The translations under genes and the position numbers were made by a program. From Octopus sinensis (Eukaryota), in the NCBI RefSeq assembly GCF_006345805.1, contig NC_043002.1:11594001-11658000 (forward strand): DNA of 64,000 nucleotides, given 5' to 3'. Position 1 is the stretch's first letter; every line of letters starts with the position of its first letter. A model generated the notes under the pieces. It was not told the origin of the DNA. It saw only the letters and a list, made by a program, of their open reading frames with translations, and made no database searches. Below, piece after piece: positions 51,500-64,000 of the stretch.

Positions 51500-52930
51500 A
51501 CCACCTCCATCATCAATAGCACCGTCATCCCCACCAGAACCACAACCACCGCCAACAGCACCACCGCCTCTGCTGCCACTACGACAACCTCCACATCCTC
51601 CAAACACCACTACTACTACGGCTATAATTAAATCCAGAACCACCACCACGACCACCACCACGACCACCACCGCCATCACCACCAGCACCAGCACCAGCAC
51701 CACCAGCACCAGCACCAGCACCACCACCACCATCACCACCACCACCACCTCATCGTCGTTGTCTCCTCTTCCTCCTCTTCCTCTTTCAACATCACCACTG
51801 TCACTATCAGAAAATCCACTATCATCACAATCACCACAATCGCCATAAACAACCGCCACCCTCGCACCCCCACCGCCACCCTCGCACCCCCACCCTCCAC
51901 CTCCACCTCCACTAGCAACCAACCTCCCCCCCTCTCCGTCCTCCACCAATCCCCCACCGTCGCCACTGCTCCAGCACTTCTGCTAACTCTATCACTTCCA
52001 AAAATCATTATCGTCACATCTCTTTGATGTAAGAAAGGTCGACGGCGTTAGTGTTGTTGTCGTTGTTGCGATGGCAGAGGTAAAAACTACATTTTCTATT
52101 TTTGCTGGAGATTTTGGAAGATTCATCCTTCGATTTCACTCACCCGTCCGCCGTTCCTCCTTCACCCCGCTCCGCCGCTTGTACTGGTCCCTATCCTAGC
52201 CTCACCCTCCCTCCCTCCCGCCCCCACATCCTCAACTGCATTAAAAAAGCTTAAGATTAAAAATTCATATTCTATATAATCTTTTCTGGAACATTCTTCT
52301 TTCTTCTTCTTATATCTGATAACAATTTCACCTCTTTCTCTAGAGATTGGCCTGTTTAATCGACTACAGCTCTTTTGGATCAGCGCAAAGAAGAAAACGA
52401 AAATAAATAAATAAAATAAATGGCGGAAGAGGATTTGATTGTCCTTCGTTTCTTATGACTGATAATGATGATAATATTGATGATGATAATGATGATGATA
52501 ATGATGATGATGACAAAGGTGATGATGATAATGATGATGATAGTACAGATGATAATGATGATGATGATGATGATAGTGCAAATGATGATGATCATGTTGA
52601 TGACGACGATGATGACGATAGTGTTGATGATAGACGTGGCATTCCCTTCCTCTTCTTCTTCTTCTTCTTCTTCTTCTTCTTCTTCTTCTCCTTCTTCTAC
52701 CTCTTCTTTTCCTTCTTCTTCTTCTTTTCCTTCTTCTTCTTCTTTTCCTTCTTCTTTTTTACCTTTTCTTCTTCGTCTTCTTCTTCTTCTTCTTCTTTTT
52801 CTTCTTCTACCTCTTCTATTCTTTTCCTTCTTCTTCTTCTTCCACGTCTTCTTCTTCTCCTCTTCTTCTTCTCCTTCTTCTTCTCCTTCTTCTTCTTCTT
52901 CTTCTTCTTCTCCTCCCCCTTCTTTCCTTT
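50690..52930. repeat. Mosaic trinucleotide low-complexity region (CTT, CAC, CAT, GAT)
   Basis: Directly visible; source of the poly-S/P/T/D/F ORFs. Confidence 0.9.
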
Positions 52931-53359
52931 TACACGTTCTTCTTCTTTATCAACTGACTACAGACTCTCCCTACCACCACCAAACGATCCCACCATCACC
53001 CAGAGAGAGACAGACGGAGAGTGTGCGACAAGAGGGAGAAAGAGAGAGAGTGAGACAGTGATAAATTCTAAGATGTCTGTTGTGTGTGTTGGTGGGGGAA
53101 ATATATACCATGGCTTTATTATTACTATTATTCCTTTTCATCGGCAGATTACCATCTTGATATGTCTCTCCTTCACCCACCCCACCAACCCCACCCACCC
53201 CACCCACCCTTCTCTCTTTTTCTGTGTGCATGCTTGTGTTTTTTTTATATGTGTGCAAATATTTTGTGTGTTTATATATATGCATGTTTTTGTGCATATA
53301 TATATATATATATATATATCTGCACAAAGGTAAGAATGTAACTACATTCTTGTTAAATA

Positions 53360-53402
<43 letters not shown>

Positions 53403-53571
53403 GTGTGTGTGTGTGTGTGCGTGTGAGTGTGCATGTATGTATATAAATATATATGTATATGTATATTTATGCATGTAGATGTAGATGTATATGTGCATAT
53501 ATATATGCATATATATATATCTATATCTATATATGTATCTATATATACATATATATATATGTCTCTGTCTG

Positions 53572-53650
<79 letters not shown>

Positions 53651-54319
53651 CGCACACACACACAAACACATGCATATATAAACACATGCACATATACGTA
53701 TACGGAATATAGTTTTGATCGTTATAACTGGATATCTTTGAATATTCTACCGAGAAGATAGTTAGTGAGTGACATCTTATCTCTTCTAACACATTGTATA
53801 GAGTACACATCTCCAAACATCATCATAAACACACTGGAAACAATGTCGGGTGGGAAAGAAAAACAACAGCGTGCACTACAGCAGCAGCAACTAGAACAAC
53901 AACAAACGAAGCGGTAATGTCAACAACAGCTCCCACACCAATAACTTTAAAAATAAAAAATAAAAAAAACTCAGAGTATTAATAAAAAAAGGAACAAGAA
54001 AAAGCGAAACCAAAGAAAAAAATATGGAAGACTAGAAAGAGTAAGAGCAAATACTGATCATAGCAAAAGTATTAAAACAAAAGAATAGAAATAAAACAAA
54101 AAAATGCAAGAACGAACAGGAATTACGCGGCGGCACAACATTCGCAACAAAAATAAACATGGCAGTGACAACAGGAATCGTAGCAATAAAAACGATATCA
54201 ACAGCACCACCGACAGCGTCTGAAACAATGACATCATCATCAATATTAAATCAGAACAACAACAAAAACAACAACAACAAAAAAGCGACAATGACTGCGT
54301 TACTACGGTATCAACGTCC

Positions 54320-54390
54320 TTAAAAAAACAGCAACAATAACAATGGCAATAATGATAATAATGATAATAATAATAATAATAATAATAATG

Positions 54391-54437
<47 letters not shown>

Positions 54438-54501
54438 AATAACGATAATGATAATAATAATAACGATAATGATAATTATGATAATGATAATAATAATAAT
54501 G

Positions 54502-54534
<33 letters not shown>

Positions 54535-54598
54535 CTGATAATAATAATAACGATAATGATAATAATGATAATAATAATAATGATAACTAATAATAATG

Positions 54599-54633
<35 letters not shown>

Positions 54634-54829
54634 AATGATAATAATAATAATGATAATAATAATAATAATAATAATAATGATAATAATGATAATAATAATA
54701 ACAATGATAATGATAATAATAATAACGATAATGGTAATATGATGATAATAATAATAATAATAATAAAATAATAATAATGATAATAATAATAATGATAATA
54801 ATAATGATAATAATAATAATAGTAATAAT
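54320..54829. repeat. Long (AAT/GAT)n array
   Basis: Directly visible. Confidence 0.95.
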
Positions 54830-54980
54830 ATTGCACTACTAGGCACTGCACACGTCCTACGCAGAACACTTTCCATACAGTAACCATCAGAGCATCACAA
54901 CAAACCACAGCACATACCCAAGGCACACAGAGCTGCGCTCGGTAGTGAAGTGAAAGCACGCTATAAAAATTAAACTACTG
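54830..54980 (+). mobile_element. R4/Dong-type retrotransposon, extreme 3' end inside (TAA)n
   Basis: 54830-54883 reads IALLGTAHVLRRTLSIQ*, followed by a ~97-nt UTR and (AAT)n. Confidence 0.75.
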
Positions 54981-55047
54981 AATAATAATAATAATAATAA
55001 TAATAATTAATATCATTATTATTATAACTATTACTATTATTATTATT

Positions 55048-55275
55048 GAGTGAGAGAGTAGTGCATGCCATCAAAGTGACACTGGGGTACAAATATACGA
55101 AGCCCAATATACCCATCATGGCTACCCATCAGATAAGGGTACACCAGGCACATGCATCACAACCATATGTGCGCGACATGGTGATCTCATATCAAGATAA
55201 ACAGCACATGACCTTGCAGGTGGGGGCCCAGTTAGAATTTTCTTCTGGTCGAGTAACCCATCCCGCTCAAAAGGT
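55048..55275 (-). mobile_element. Truncated copy of a non-coding element embedded in (TAA)n
   Basis: Near-identical to 55339-55565; (ATT)n on both sides. Confidence 0.8.
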
Positions 55276-55289
55276 TATTATTATTATTA

Positions 55290-55338
<49 letters not shown>

Positions 55339-55892
55339 GAGTGAGAGAGCAGTTCATGCCATCAAAGTGACACTGGGGTAAAATATACGAAGCCCAATAT
55401 ACCCATCATGACTACCCGTCTGATAAGGGTACACCAGGCACATGCATCACAACCATATGTGCGCGACATGGTGATCTCATATCAAGATAAACAGCACATG
55501 ACCTTGCAGGTGGGGCCCAGTTAGAATTTTCTTCAGGTTGAGTAGACCATCCTGCTCAAAAGGTCCCTGAATAAGGGTTGTTTAAGGTTGTTGAAAGAAC
55601 TACCCATGTTTCCAGAGGTGAATTATTCAAACCCCAAAGAATCTCTCTCAACACATGGCTATGATGCTCCCCCACTACTTCTGCTCGTGATCAGAGATGC
55701 ACATATCGTCATCCACTAAGGGACATGCTCAACTGGTTAAGGTCAAACAACTGACAAGCAAATCTGTGGTATTGAGCAGAATATTTGCTGTAGCCCATCT
55801 TTTATACCAAGACAAAACAAAGTACATGATAACACTTCCAATCAGTTAAGATCAGAAGCCATGAGAGCCACTGCCTGGTACTGCATCAGATC

Positions 55893-55894
<2 letters not shown>
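55339..55894 (-). mobile_element. Longer copy of the non-coding (TAA)n-embedded element
   Basis: About 555 bp of complex sequence bounded by (ATT)n on both sides. Strand is inferred from the shared end plus (TAA)n tail. Confidence 0.7.
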
Positions 55895-55944
<50 letters not shown>

Positions 55945-56039
55945 TCTACTCTAGGCACAAGGGTGCGAAAATTTTTTGGGTGGGTGGGGGAACGGTGGTT
56001 AGTCGAATACATCGACCTAACGTAGTCACCTAAACACAA

Positions 56040-56601
56040 CTCAAACCCACCTTCGCACCCTAAAAAGTTATTGGTCACTGTATGGTGGTCTGCGAAAGAA
56101 TTTATTCATTATTCATTTTTGCAATAAGGAAAAACGGTAACAGCCTCATCGTATTGCCAGGAAATTGGTTGTATGCATGAGAATTTGAAAAAGAAACAAT
56201 CCGGACTAGTGAAGAGAGATGGCCCGATTTTTCTTCACGACAATGCACGTCCTCACACTCCTCAAGCTACGGTCCAAAACATGTAAAGCCTGAATTATAA
56301 GATTTTGTAATATTCTCCCTATTCCCCTGATATCTCTCCTTCTGATCATCACTTATTCAAGCGTTTTGAGCTTTTCATAAGCAATAAAGCATTCTTAAAT
56401 AAAGAAGAGGTAACTGAAGCATTCGGACAGTTTATCACAGCAAAAGATGAAAATATTTTTTAAAGATGACATAGAGAGACGTTGGGTAAACGTCATAAGT
56501 GAACACGGATCATACTTTGATTAAATAAATCAGTGCTCTAACACTTCTGAAACATTTTATTGTTACTTCTCAAATACGACATTTTATGTGAAACAACCTA
56601 A
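56040..56601 (+). mobile_element. Mariner transposon, 3' half (DD34D type), decayed
   Basis: KKLLVTVWWS, FLHDNARPHT, YSPDISPSDHHLF and GSYFD*; 3' TIR ending AAACAACCTAA|TA (Hsmar1-like TTAGGTTG terminus). Confidence 0.9.
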
Positions 56602-57149
56602 TACAATGTGGCTATGGTCATTACATCGGGGTAACGCCAGGCTGTATTGCTAGTGTATGTGTGTGTGTGTGTATACACATACACTCTCCCCGCCCGCTAT
56701 TCCTTGAAGAACCGTGCAGAAAGAGCCCCCAGGCAATATTATCTCCGCAGCTATTATACAGATGAATGTGTGAAGAAATTGTGTACATAGACGAAGGTAC
56801 GGCTGTTAAAAATCTGATGGTTGCAATCTCATGGTTTCGGGTTTGTGTATAATTTTGGGAAAAATGTCTCCTAGTATAGCCCCAGGTCTTATTAGTGAGT
56901 TTGGTAAAAAAAAAAACGCTCTGGAACCATCATATACACACATACATAAACACACACACAGACACAAATAAGCCATTGCATGTGTTTTTGTATTTGTGCT
57001 TTTTTCTCCCTGTCGCTCGACAACCGGTGTTGGTTTATTTCTGCCCCTGTAACTTATCGAGAGAATAAGTCCTAGTACTATGATCGAGTTGTTCGACTAA
57101 AATCGTTCAAACACGGCCTTAATCGAATGAGGGACACAAGTGAACGATT

Positions 57150-57330
57150 GCAGATACGTACGAGCGGATAGATGTCTAGTTTTAAGGTTATCACGAAAGG
57201 TCTGTTTAGAGGCCCAACCTCCCGAGTTTTTTTTTCAAGGCCTAGAAAAACTGAAGGACTGCTGCAATAAGTGTGTGAATCTGTGAGAAGAATACGTTGA
57301 ATACAGCAAACATTAACTGATCCTCCTGTA
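57150..57330 (+). mobile_element. Mariner C-terminal remnant
   Basis: FFQGLEKLKDCCNKCVNL*EEYVE resembles the mariner G..KL..RW.KC...G.YVE ending. Confidence 0.45.
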
Positions 57331-57459
57331 TTTTTTTACTGAAGGCTAGGGTCTTTCCAGCACCCTATCGTCTTCTCTCCACGGTATTGAAGAATAATGG
57401 CAAACGTAGCGCCTATATACAAATACGTTAGCATGACTGTGTTTCTTCTATCGTTTGTC

Positions 57460-58290
57460 TTTTACTTGTTTTAGCCATTAAACTGCGGCCATGCTGGGGC
57501 AGCTCCTTCAGAAATTTTAGTCGAATGGCTACTTTATTTTTTTAAAAGCCTGACACTTATTCTTTCGGGCTTATTTACTGAACGACTAGGTTACGGGGAC
57601 GTAAACACACCAACACCAGTTGTCAATCGATGGTTGGGGAGAAACACAGACAAAAAGGCGCACACACACACAAACAAACACACACAAACACACACACACA
57701 CAGCGTTTCCATCGTCCACATCCACTCACAAAGCTTTGGTCAGTCCGAGACTGTAGAAGTCACTCGTCGAAGGGGGCTACGCAGTGGAGTCGAACACACC
57801 TGTCTCCGCCGCATTCTTCGCTGCCGACGCATTGATCGGGTTCCTACAGCCGGTCTTCGTCATCGGCTGAATCTCCGGCCCCTCCCTTCGGTGCTTTAGG
57901 TGGCTCGGTCATGCGGCCCGGCGTACAGAGGGTGAGCTGATTCGCGGTGTCCTCCTCCCACCTCCACTTCCCGACTGGCGCAAACGCACGGGCGGGCAGC
58001 TGAAGACCTGGGCAACGACGATAAAGGAGGACCTCTCCGAACTCTCAGGTCCGCAGGTGGTCGGTCTGCGCAGATGGAACCGCGAATGCCTCGCTATCTC
58101 CAGTGACCTCGCACAGGACCGTCGAGCGTGGGCCGCCATGGTCCGTGATGCCGTCAGGACCAGAGAAGAAGCGGGCTCAACCCACCCTGGGTGAACATCA
58201 TCAAAAGTACAAGTAAGTAAGTACGCAGTGGGACTGAACCCGGAAACTTGTGGATGGAAAACAAGCTTGTTACCACAGAGACACTCCTGT
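57460..58290 (-). mobile_element. SINE-B interrupted in its head by an RTE insertion
   Basis: Tail and body at 57460-57787; head resumes at 58222. Confidence 0.75.
57788..58221 (+). mobile_element. RTE LINE 3' end, 5'-truncated, 10-bp TSD
   Basis: CLRRILRC...RWLGHAARR...GGQLKTWATTIKEDL...LAQDRRAWAAMVRDAVRTREEAGSTHPG*; tail AAGTACAAGTAAGTAAG; TSD TACGCAGTGG at 57778-57787 and 58222-58231. Confidence 0.9.
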
Positions 58291-58673
58291 GTATGCAAAT
58301 ATTTATAGAGAAAATTTATAAACAATTCATATATTATTTATAAATATGTGTCTGTATGAACGCTAGGAAATAAATATATGCAGACGATGTATCTACGTAT
58401 GTACCTCTGGATGTGTATACTTAGCTGTGTTCGTAAGTTTATGCGTGTTTATGTATATGCCAGATAAAGTGCACTAACGTGTGTAAACAGGTTAGATGTC
58501 GGTACGCAAGAGTACGAATGCACTTATGTTTGTGTTTACATATATGTATATATATATATGTTTATGTAATATTTATTTATATAATATTTGTTTATATTAA
58601 GCGTTTGTATATGTTTCTATATGCATATTTATGCGAATAGGTATGTGCGTTTGTATGTAGTAATATAGTTGTT

Positions 58674-58710
<37 letters not shown>

Positions 58711-59761
58711 ATGTGTGTGTGTGTAGAGAGAGAGAGACACACACACGCACACACACACATGTACACACGCACACGCACACGCACATGCAAATAAATACAA
58801 CACACCCATCCACCCTCATATATGTATGTGTATGCATGTATGTATTTCTATCATGTGTCTATCTGTCATTATTTACATCTAAGTACATGTATGTATGTAT
58901 GTATGTATGTATGTATGTATATATATGTATGTATGTATCTGTGTATTTATATATATTTATTATATATTATATATATATCTATATCTATATCTATAGATAT
59001 CTATCTATATATATATATATATATATATATATTCCAAAGGTGTTGAATATTTATATATGCATTTCTGTCAATAAGCAGGTAGACTTATAGATACACTTCT
59101 TTACTACTGATTCTATTTTATGATTCTATTATATTTAATTAATTTTTTCTCTCTCCGAATCAACCCATAGCTCTGAAAATAAAACCTCTCCGCTACCAAT
59201 CCCCATCTAAAATAGCGAATTCGTTAGTTTTTCCCTGTATGCAGGTAGGCGCTCTATACTTGTCTATGCAAACTTATGGATATGAGCGTATCATACGCGT
59301 TCGTTTGTGTGGATGTCTTTGCTCAGCTGTATGCGTATCCGTATGTAAATTCATGTAAATTTGTATATACAAGATGAAGGAATATATATGCTTGTAATTT
59401 TGTATCTACGCTTATCTGCGTGTGCATAAATGTAAAGAGCAGCGTGTGTACGGGGGTGTGCCACATGCGTTCTCTGACACACATGAATATGTGCGAATAT
59501 ACACAAGTACATACATACATGTTTTTGCGCAAACTCGAGATATATATATATATATATATGAATATCTTCCACTGGTGTCATTATTTCGTGTTTTTCCTTA
59601 CTTTCTTTTGATTCTCTGTTCGAGTTCAGTGCTTAACCGGTGTTTGTTGATGTCGGAAGCTTTGATCGTTCGACACTTATCTATACATACATACATACAT
59701 ACATACATACATACATACATACATACATACATACATACATACATACATACATACATACATG

Positions 59762-59793
<32 letters not shown>

Positions 59794-59814
59794 TGCACAC
59801 ATATATATATTCTT

Positions 59815-60035
59815 TTATTCTTCTAATCTTCTACTTTTGTTTCAGTCATTTGACTGCGGCCGTACTGGAGCACCGCCTTTTGTCGAACAAATCGACCCCC
59901 AGGACTTGTTCTTTGTAAGCCTAGTTCTTACTCTCTCGGTCTCTTTTGCTGAACCGCTAATTACGGGGAAGCAAACACACCAACATCGGTGTGAATCGAT
60001 GGTGAGGAACAAACCAACACACAAATACACACAAA
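59815..60035 (-). mobile_element. SINE-B 3' half
   Basis: Tail GTTTCAGTCATTTGACTGCGGCC...GGAGCACCGCC. Confidence 0.8.
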
Positions 60036-60133
60036 CATAACTTTAAGATCACCTAAACTTATTTTGAAAAGAAAACATATACAAAATTGAAGCAACAGAG
60101 ATTTTGGTGAAATATCTTATTTATGCATAGCTA

Positions 60134-61297
60134 CATTCATTGGAGGACATAAGTAATTCGCAACTTTACAAAACTGAAAAATGAGAGAAAAACTGTAAAT
60201 TTTAGACTCATCGAAATATCTGCCCTTGTCCTTGATCCCTACCAAACTTACTCTGGGCATTCTGTCAACCAATGAATGCAAATATTCGCTGGTAACATTT
60301 TGCCGCCCCTCTTCTAAGAGTGCCCACATGGTTTCTGCACTACTTGGTTGTCACCTTTTGACTCCATGATCCAATTCATCCCACACAATTTCGATAGGAA
60401 TGTAATTGGGTGATTGGGCTGAGCATTCTTTTTTCATCCATGTTTTTCTGTAAATAGTTTTTGCAAGCTTAGAAATATGTTTAGGATTGTTATCTTGCAT
60501 CAGCATGAAATTATCACCGATCAACCTCATTCCAGATGGAATGGCACGGCACTGGAAGATAGAGTGATACCCGTTTTCGTTCAATATTCCCGTTACCCGA
60601 TGATTCCTCTTACAAGATGAGAAAGGGCCAACTTTTACCCAAGCCATCAAGGACAAGAGAAAAGACCGCGCTACTAAGCTTTTGAACAACCTCAAGCATC
60701 CCCTCCAACCCAACCAAACATGCTCTGGATTTTCTCAGACGAGAACATTATTGCCTGCAAAATACCCTCAAATCATCGCACTTCCCCAATCATGCTTTAC
60801 CGATGAAACTATAGATCAATAGTCATCAGTTCAGTAATTCTTCGCCTCACATAAACTCTACGCTGGGATCCGAGGAATTCAAACTTTGATTCATCAGTCC
60901 GGAGGACTCGTTTCCAGCAATTAACAGTCCAGGTTTGGTGTTTTCTGGCCCATAAGAATCGAATCAGTGGTTTTCTAGCAGTACAACGGCCAATTAGACT
61001 GGCAGCAATAAGTTTTCTCCACACGGTTGTAGAAGACACGTTAGCTACACCGGCTTCATTTACTTGTGCAGTGATTTCATTTGCTGTCAGGCGCTTGCAA
61101 CTGAACCAGTTGTTCAATGTCCCAACCAGGCTAATCCTCTTTTTGCATCTGACTGCGGTCACTGCTACATCGATATTCTTCCCTGTGTTCGTGAAAAGTT
61201 TTGTATCTCTGCCGTAAGGCTTCATTTCCACACACGCCAGCTGAATTCAATTCATCCCCAGTCGAAAGACGCCTGTTGTTATGTCCTGCTATTTTAT
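60134..61297 (-). mobile_element. Tc1-like (DD34E) transposon, decayed with internal deletions
   Basis: RKPL, VLRTDESKFE, MQDNNPKH, QSPNYIPIEIVWDEL, LVDRMPR and GRYFDESKI; left TIR TA|CATTCATTGGAGGACATAAG; a TTATGTCCT remnant at 61279-61287 may be the right TIR. Confidence 0.9.
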
Positions 61298-61613
61298 TAT
61301 TATTATTTTTATTGTATTTTTGTATTTATATTCGTGTAACATCGTCTGTTTTTCCGTCTTTGTTTTCGGATACATTCGATACTTTATTTCCAAGAATCTA
61401 ATGCTCTTAGCTTAGTTTTTCCTTGGGGCTGGCCAGATTGGAGCAATCTCAAGATTAATCAGCCGAAATTGCGAGGATGATCCAGTTCTTGACTGAGGAT
61501 AAAGGGCTTCGAATGACTGGTCCTTGTTTTTTTGTATCGTCTATCTGGATGTTTTGTTGTCCCTTTTTGTATCACCTAGTTGTCCGGATGTTTTGCGTTC
61601 TTGTCCTATTTTG

Positions 61614-61654
<41 letters not shown>

Positions 61655-61713
61655 GATTCATACACACGCACAAACACATACACACATACACACACACACG
61701 CATATATACATGA

Positions 61714-61950
61714 AGGCGCATGGCTCAGTGGTTAGAGCGTCGGGCTCACAATTATGAGGTAGGGAGTTCGATTCCTGGTACCAGGCTGTATCGGCCTCTG
61801 CCTTTCCCTTGGATAAAATAGGTAGCGTGAAGATAAGAGACTGGCATGCATGGGCGACTGCTGGTCTTTCATAAACAACCTTGCCCGGACATGTTCTTCG
61901 GAGGGTAACTTTCTAGGTTCAATCCCAAGGTTATTCTTGACCGAAAGGGG
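61714..61950 (+). mobile_element. tRNA-headed SINE variant
   Basis: GGCGCATGGCTCAGTGGTTAGAGCG A-box; GAGTTCGATTCC B-box. Confidence 0.7.
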
Positions 61951-62545
61951 TCTTTACTCTTTACCCTTATATATATATATATATATGTATATATTTGTAT
62001 ATGTATCTGTATGTGTGGTTTTGTATATGTGTATGAATGCATAAATACATATGTATATGCATCCACATATATGCGCATGCGTGTTAGTAGTTACGCTCAC
62101 GTGCATGTATGAGTTTCTATACTTGTGTGTGTATATGTATGCGTGTGTGAATGTGCATGTGTGTATGATAGTGTGTGTGCGCGTGTGTTTGTATTAGTAT
62201 GTGTGTATGTACATAGGTGAAATTACTATGCATAGATATTCCAAGCCATTTCCATATTGTACTTCAGAAAAGAAGTTAAACAATTTTTTACTCAAACGAC
62301 GTGACTAACGTCCGTATCCTCACCGTTCTTCAATTTTATTTTCGTTATATAAGGATTCCTTACACAGCAATGAATTTTTTTATATTTTGGTAAGAAATTT
62401 GCAAGAAACTGTCAGGCACTTCAGTATATCAGTTGGCATATGAAGTAAATAAAAATTTGCATGTTATCTCTTTCATATTCTGTCTGTCTGTCTCTGTCTG
62501 TCTGTTGTCTCTCTCTCTTTCTCTATCTGTGTGCATATATATATA

Positions 62546-62833
62546 CGGCGAGCTGGCAGAATTGTTAGCACGCGGGCGAAATGCGTAGCCGTATTTCGTC
62601 TGCCGTCACGTTCTGGGTTCAAGTTCCGCAGAGGTCGACTTTGACTTTCATCCTTTTGGGGTCGATTAAATAAGCACCAGTTACGCACTGGGGTCGATGT
62701 AATCGACTTAATCCGTTTGTCTGTCCTTGTTTGTCCCCTCTGTGTTTAGCCCCTTGTGGGTAGTAAAGAAATAGGTATTTCGTCTGCCGTTACGTTCTGA
62801 CTTCAAATTCCGCCGAGGTCGACTTTGCTTTTC
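62546..62833 (+). mobile_element. SINE-A, about 1.3 units, abutting the Dong fragment
   Basis: Head at 62546; the second unit starts at GGTATTTCGTC (~62775) and breaks at CTTTGCTTTTCAC. Confidence 0.85.
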
Positions 62834-62835
62834 AC

Positions 62836-63312
62836 GGCCTACAAAAAGCAAAGATGTGGTTTAAACAAACCCCAGAATGAGAATGAGAATTACAAAATCC
62901 TGTGGCACACAATGATCCAGCACGATCCCTTGACCAGGCATCGGGAACCGGACATTGATGTGGTGGTCAATAAAAAAAGGAAGAACATGTACGATAATCG
63001 ACATGGTATGCCCCAGTGACAACAAAGTCAATGTGAAAGAAGAAGAAAAAATAAACAGCTATGATGATTTGAAGTGGGAAATATAAAGGTTGTTGTCAAT
63101 GAGAAGAGTAGAAATGATAGCAATAGTAATTGGTGCCCTTGGAAGTATCAGCACTCAACTGAATGAAGCAAATGGCTGCAAGTGTGTAGGTAAAACACCT
63201 ACAAAAATCAGCATTGTTTGCAACTGCAAGAATTTTTCGCAGGGTTCTTGAAGCATGACCAGAAATCAGCTGGCTGTGGACAATTGACACTTTCCTTCAT
63301 GCCCAGCAAAAT
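62836..63312 (+). mobile_element. R4/Dong-type retrotransposon 3' fragment with restriction-like endonuclease domain
   Basis: ENENYKILWHTMIQHD...REPDIDVVV...IIDMVCPSD...KEEEKINSYDDLKWEI...IVIGALG...LQKSALFATARIFRRVLEA*, a short UTR, then (TAA)n. Confidence 0.88.
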
Positions 63313-63314
63313 AT

Positions 63315-63346
<32 letters not shown>

Positions 63347-63350
63347 AATG

Positions 63351-63389
<39 letters not shown>

Positions 63390-63394
<5 letters not shown>

Positions 63395-63775
63395 CCTTTC
63401 TAGTATAGGCACAAGGCCTGAGATTGAGGAGGGAACAAGTAGATTTCATCGGTTCCTGTACATAACTGGTGCTTATTTCATCGACCCCTGAAAGGATGAA
63501 ATGCAAAGTCGACATCGGTGGAAATTGAACTCAGAACATAGGGACGGACGCCTGGAATACAAACGATTTTTCCAGCTAACCACCTAAATATTAAGAACAA
63601 CAGCAGCAGCGACAATAACAATAAGAAAACAATAATGATAATAATAATAATAATTCATTTCTTTATTGCCCACAAGAAGCTAAACATAGAGGGGACAAAC
63701 AAGGACAGACAAAGGGATTCAGTGGGTAACTGGTACTTAATTTATCGACCTCGAAAGGAGGAAAAGCAAATTCGG
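63390..63775 (-). mobile_element. Two decayed SINE-A pieces between (TAA)n tracts
   Basis: Core GAAAGGATGAAATGCAAAGTCGAC; CCCACAAG...GACAAACAAGGACAGAC. Confidence 0.7.
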
Positions 63776-63801
63776 CAATTATAATGATAATAATAATAAT
63801 G

Positions 63802-63945
63802 ATAGCCATGTTGGGAGCATTAAGGATTCTAAAGAGGGTGTTAGATAGTCGAAGGAGAAGGAATGACCCGAAGGTCTTTTGGCCATTGGATATGGCTTGC
63901 TCTTTTGGTATAGCGTCGGTATAGCATCTGCTGGAGCAAAAGCGG
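63802..63945 (+). mobile_element. Third R4/Dong-type 3' end within (TAA)n
   Basis: IAMLGALRILKRVLDS at 63802-63849, then a distinct downstream segment and (TAC)n(TAA)n. Confidence 0.55.
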
Positions 63946-63992
<47 letters not shown>

Positions 63993-64000
63993 ATAATAAT

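Noticed and set aside
55700-55800. Faint resemblance of the TAA-embedded element to 28S rRNA (AATATTCTGCTCAATAC)
   Set aside because: The match is too short and mismatched to support without an alignment.

Overview
AT-rich eukaryotic intergenic or deep-intronic DNA, saturated with microsatellites and transposable elements. The tRNA-derived SINE families and microsatellite load suggest an octopus (inference, not database-checked). I cannot support any host protein-coding exon, and most ORF-track entries are translated simple repeats. All recognisable coding sequence is decayed transposon: RTE LINEs, a CR1/L2-group LINE, an L1/Tx1 fossil, three R4/Dong-type 3' ends, mariner and Tc1. There are also three abundant SINE families (called A, B and C here), non-autonomous Helitrons and several MITEs with target-site duplications (TSDs). 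The most interesting observations are: (TAA)n tracts used as landing pads by Dong-type retroelements and a non-coding passenger; SINE-A multimers with a 184-bp unit flanked by one TSD; a covarying 3' stem-loop shared by a LINE and SINE-B; hammerhead-ribozyme-like motifs, one with a compensatory U3-A8 core; a bipartite RTE derivative; and two long fold-back structures. SINE boundaries and most repeat boundaries were read by eye and are approximate.
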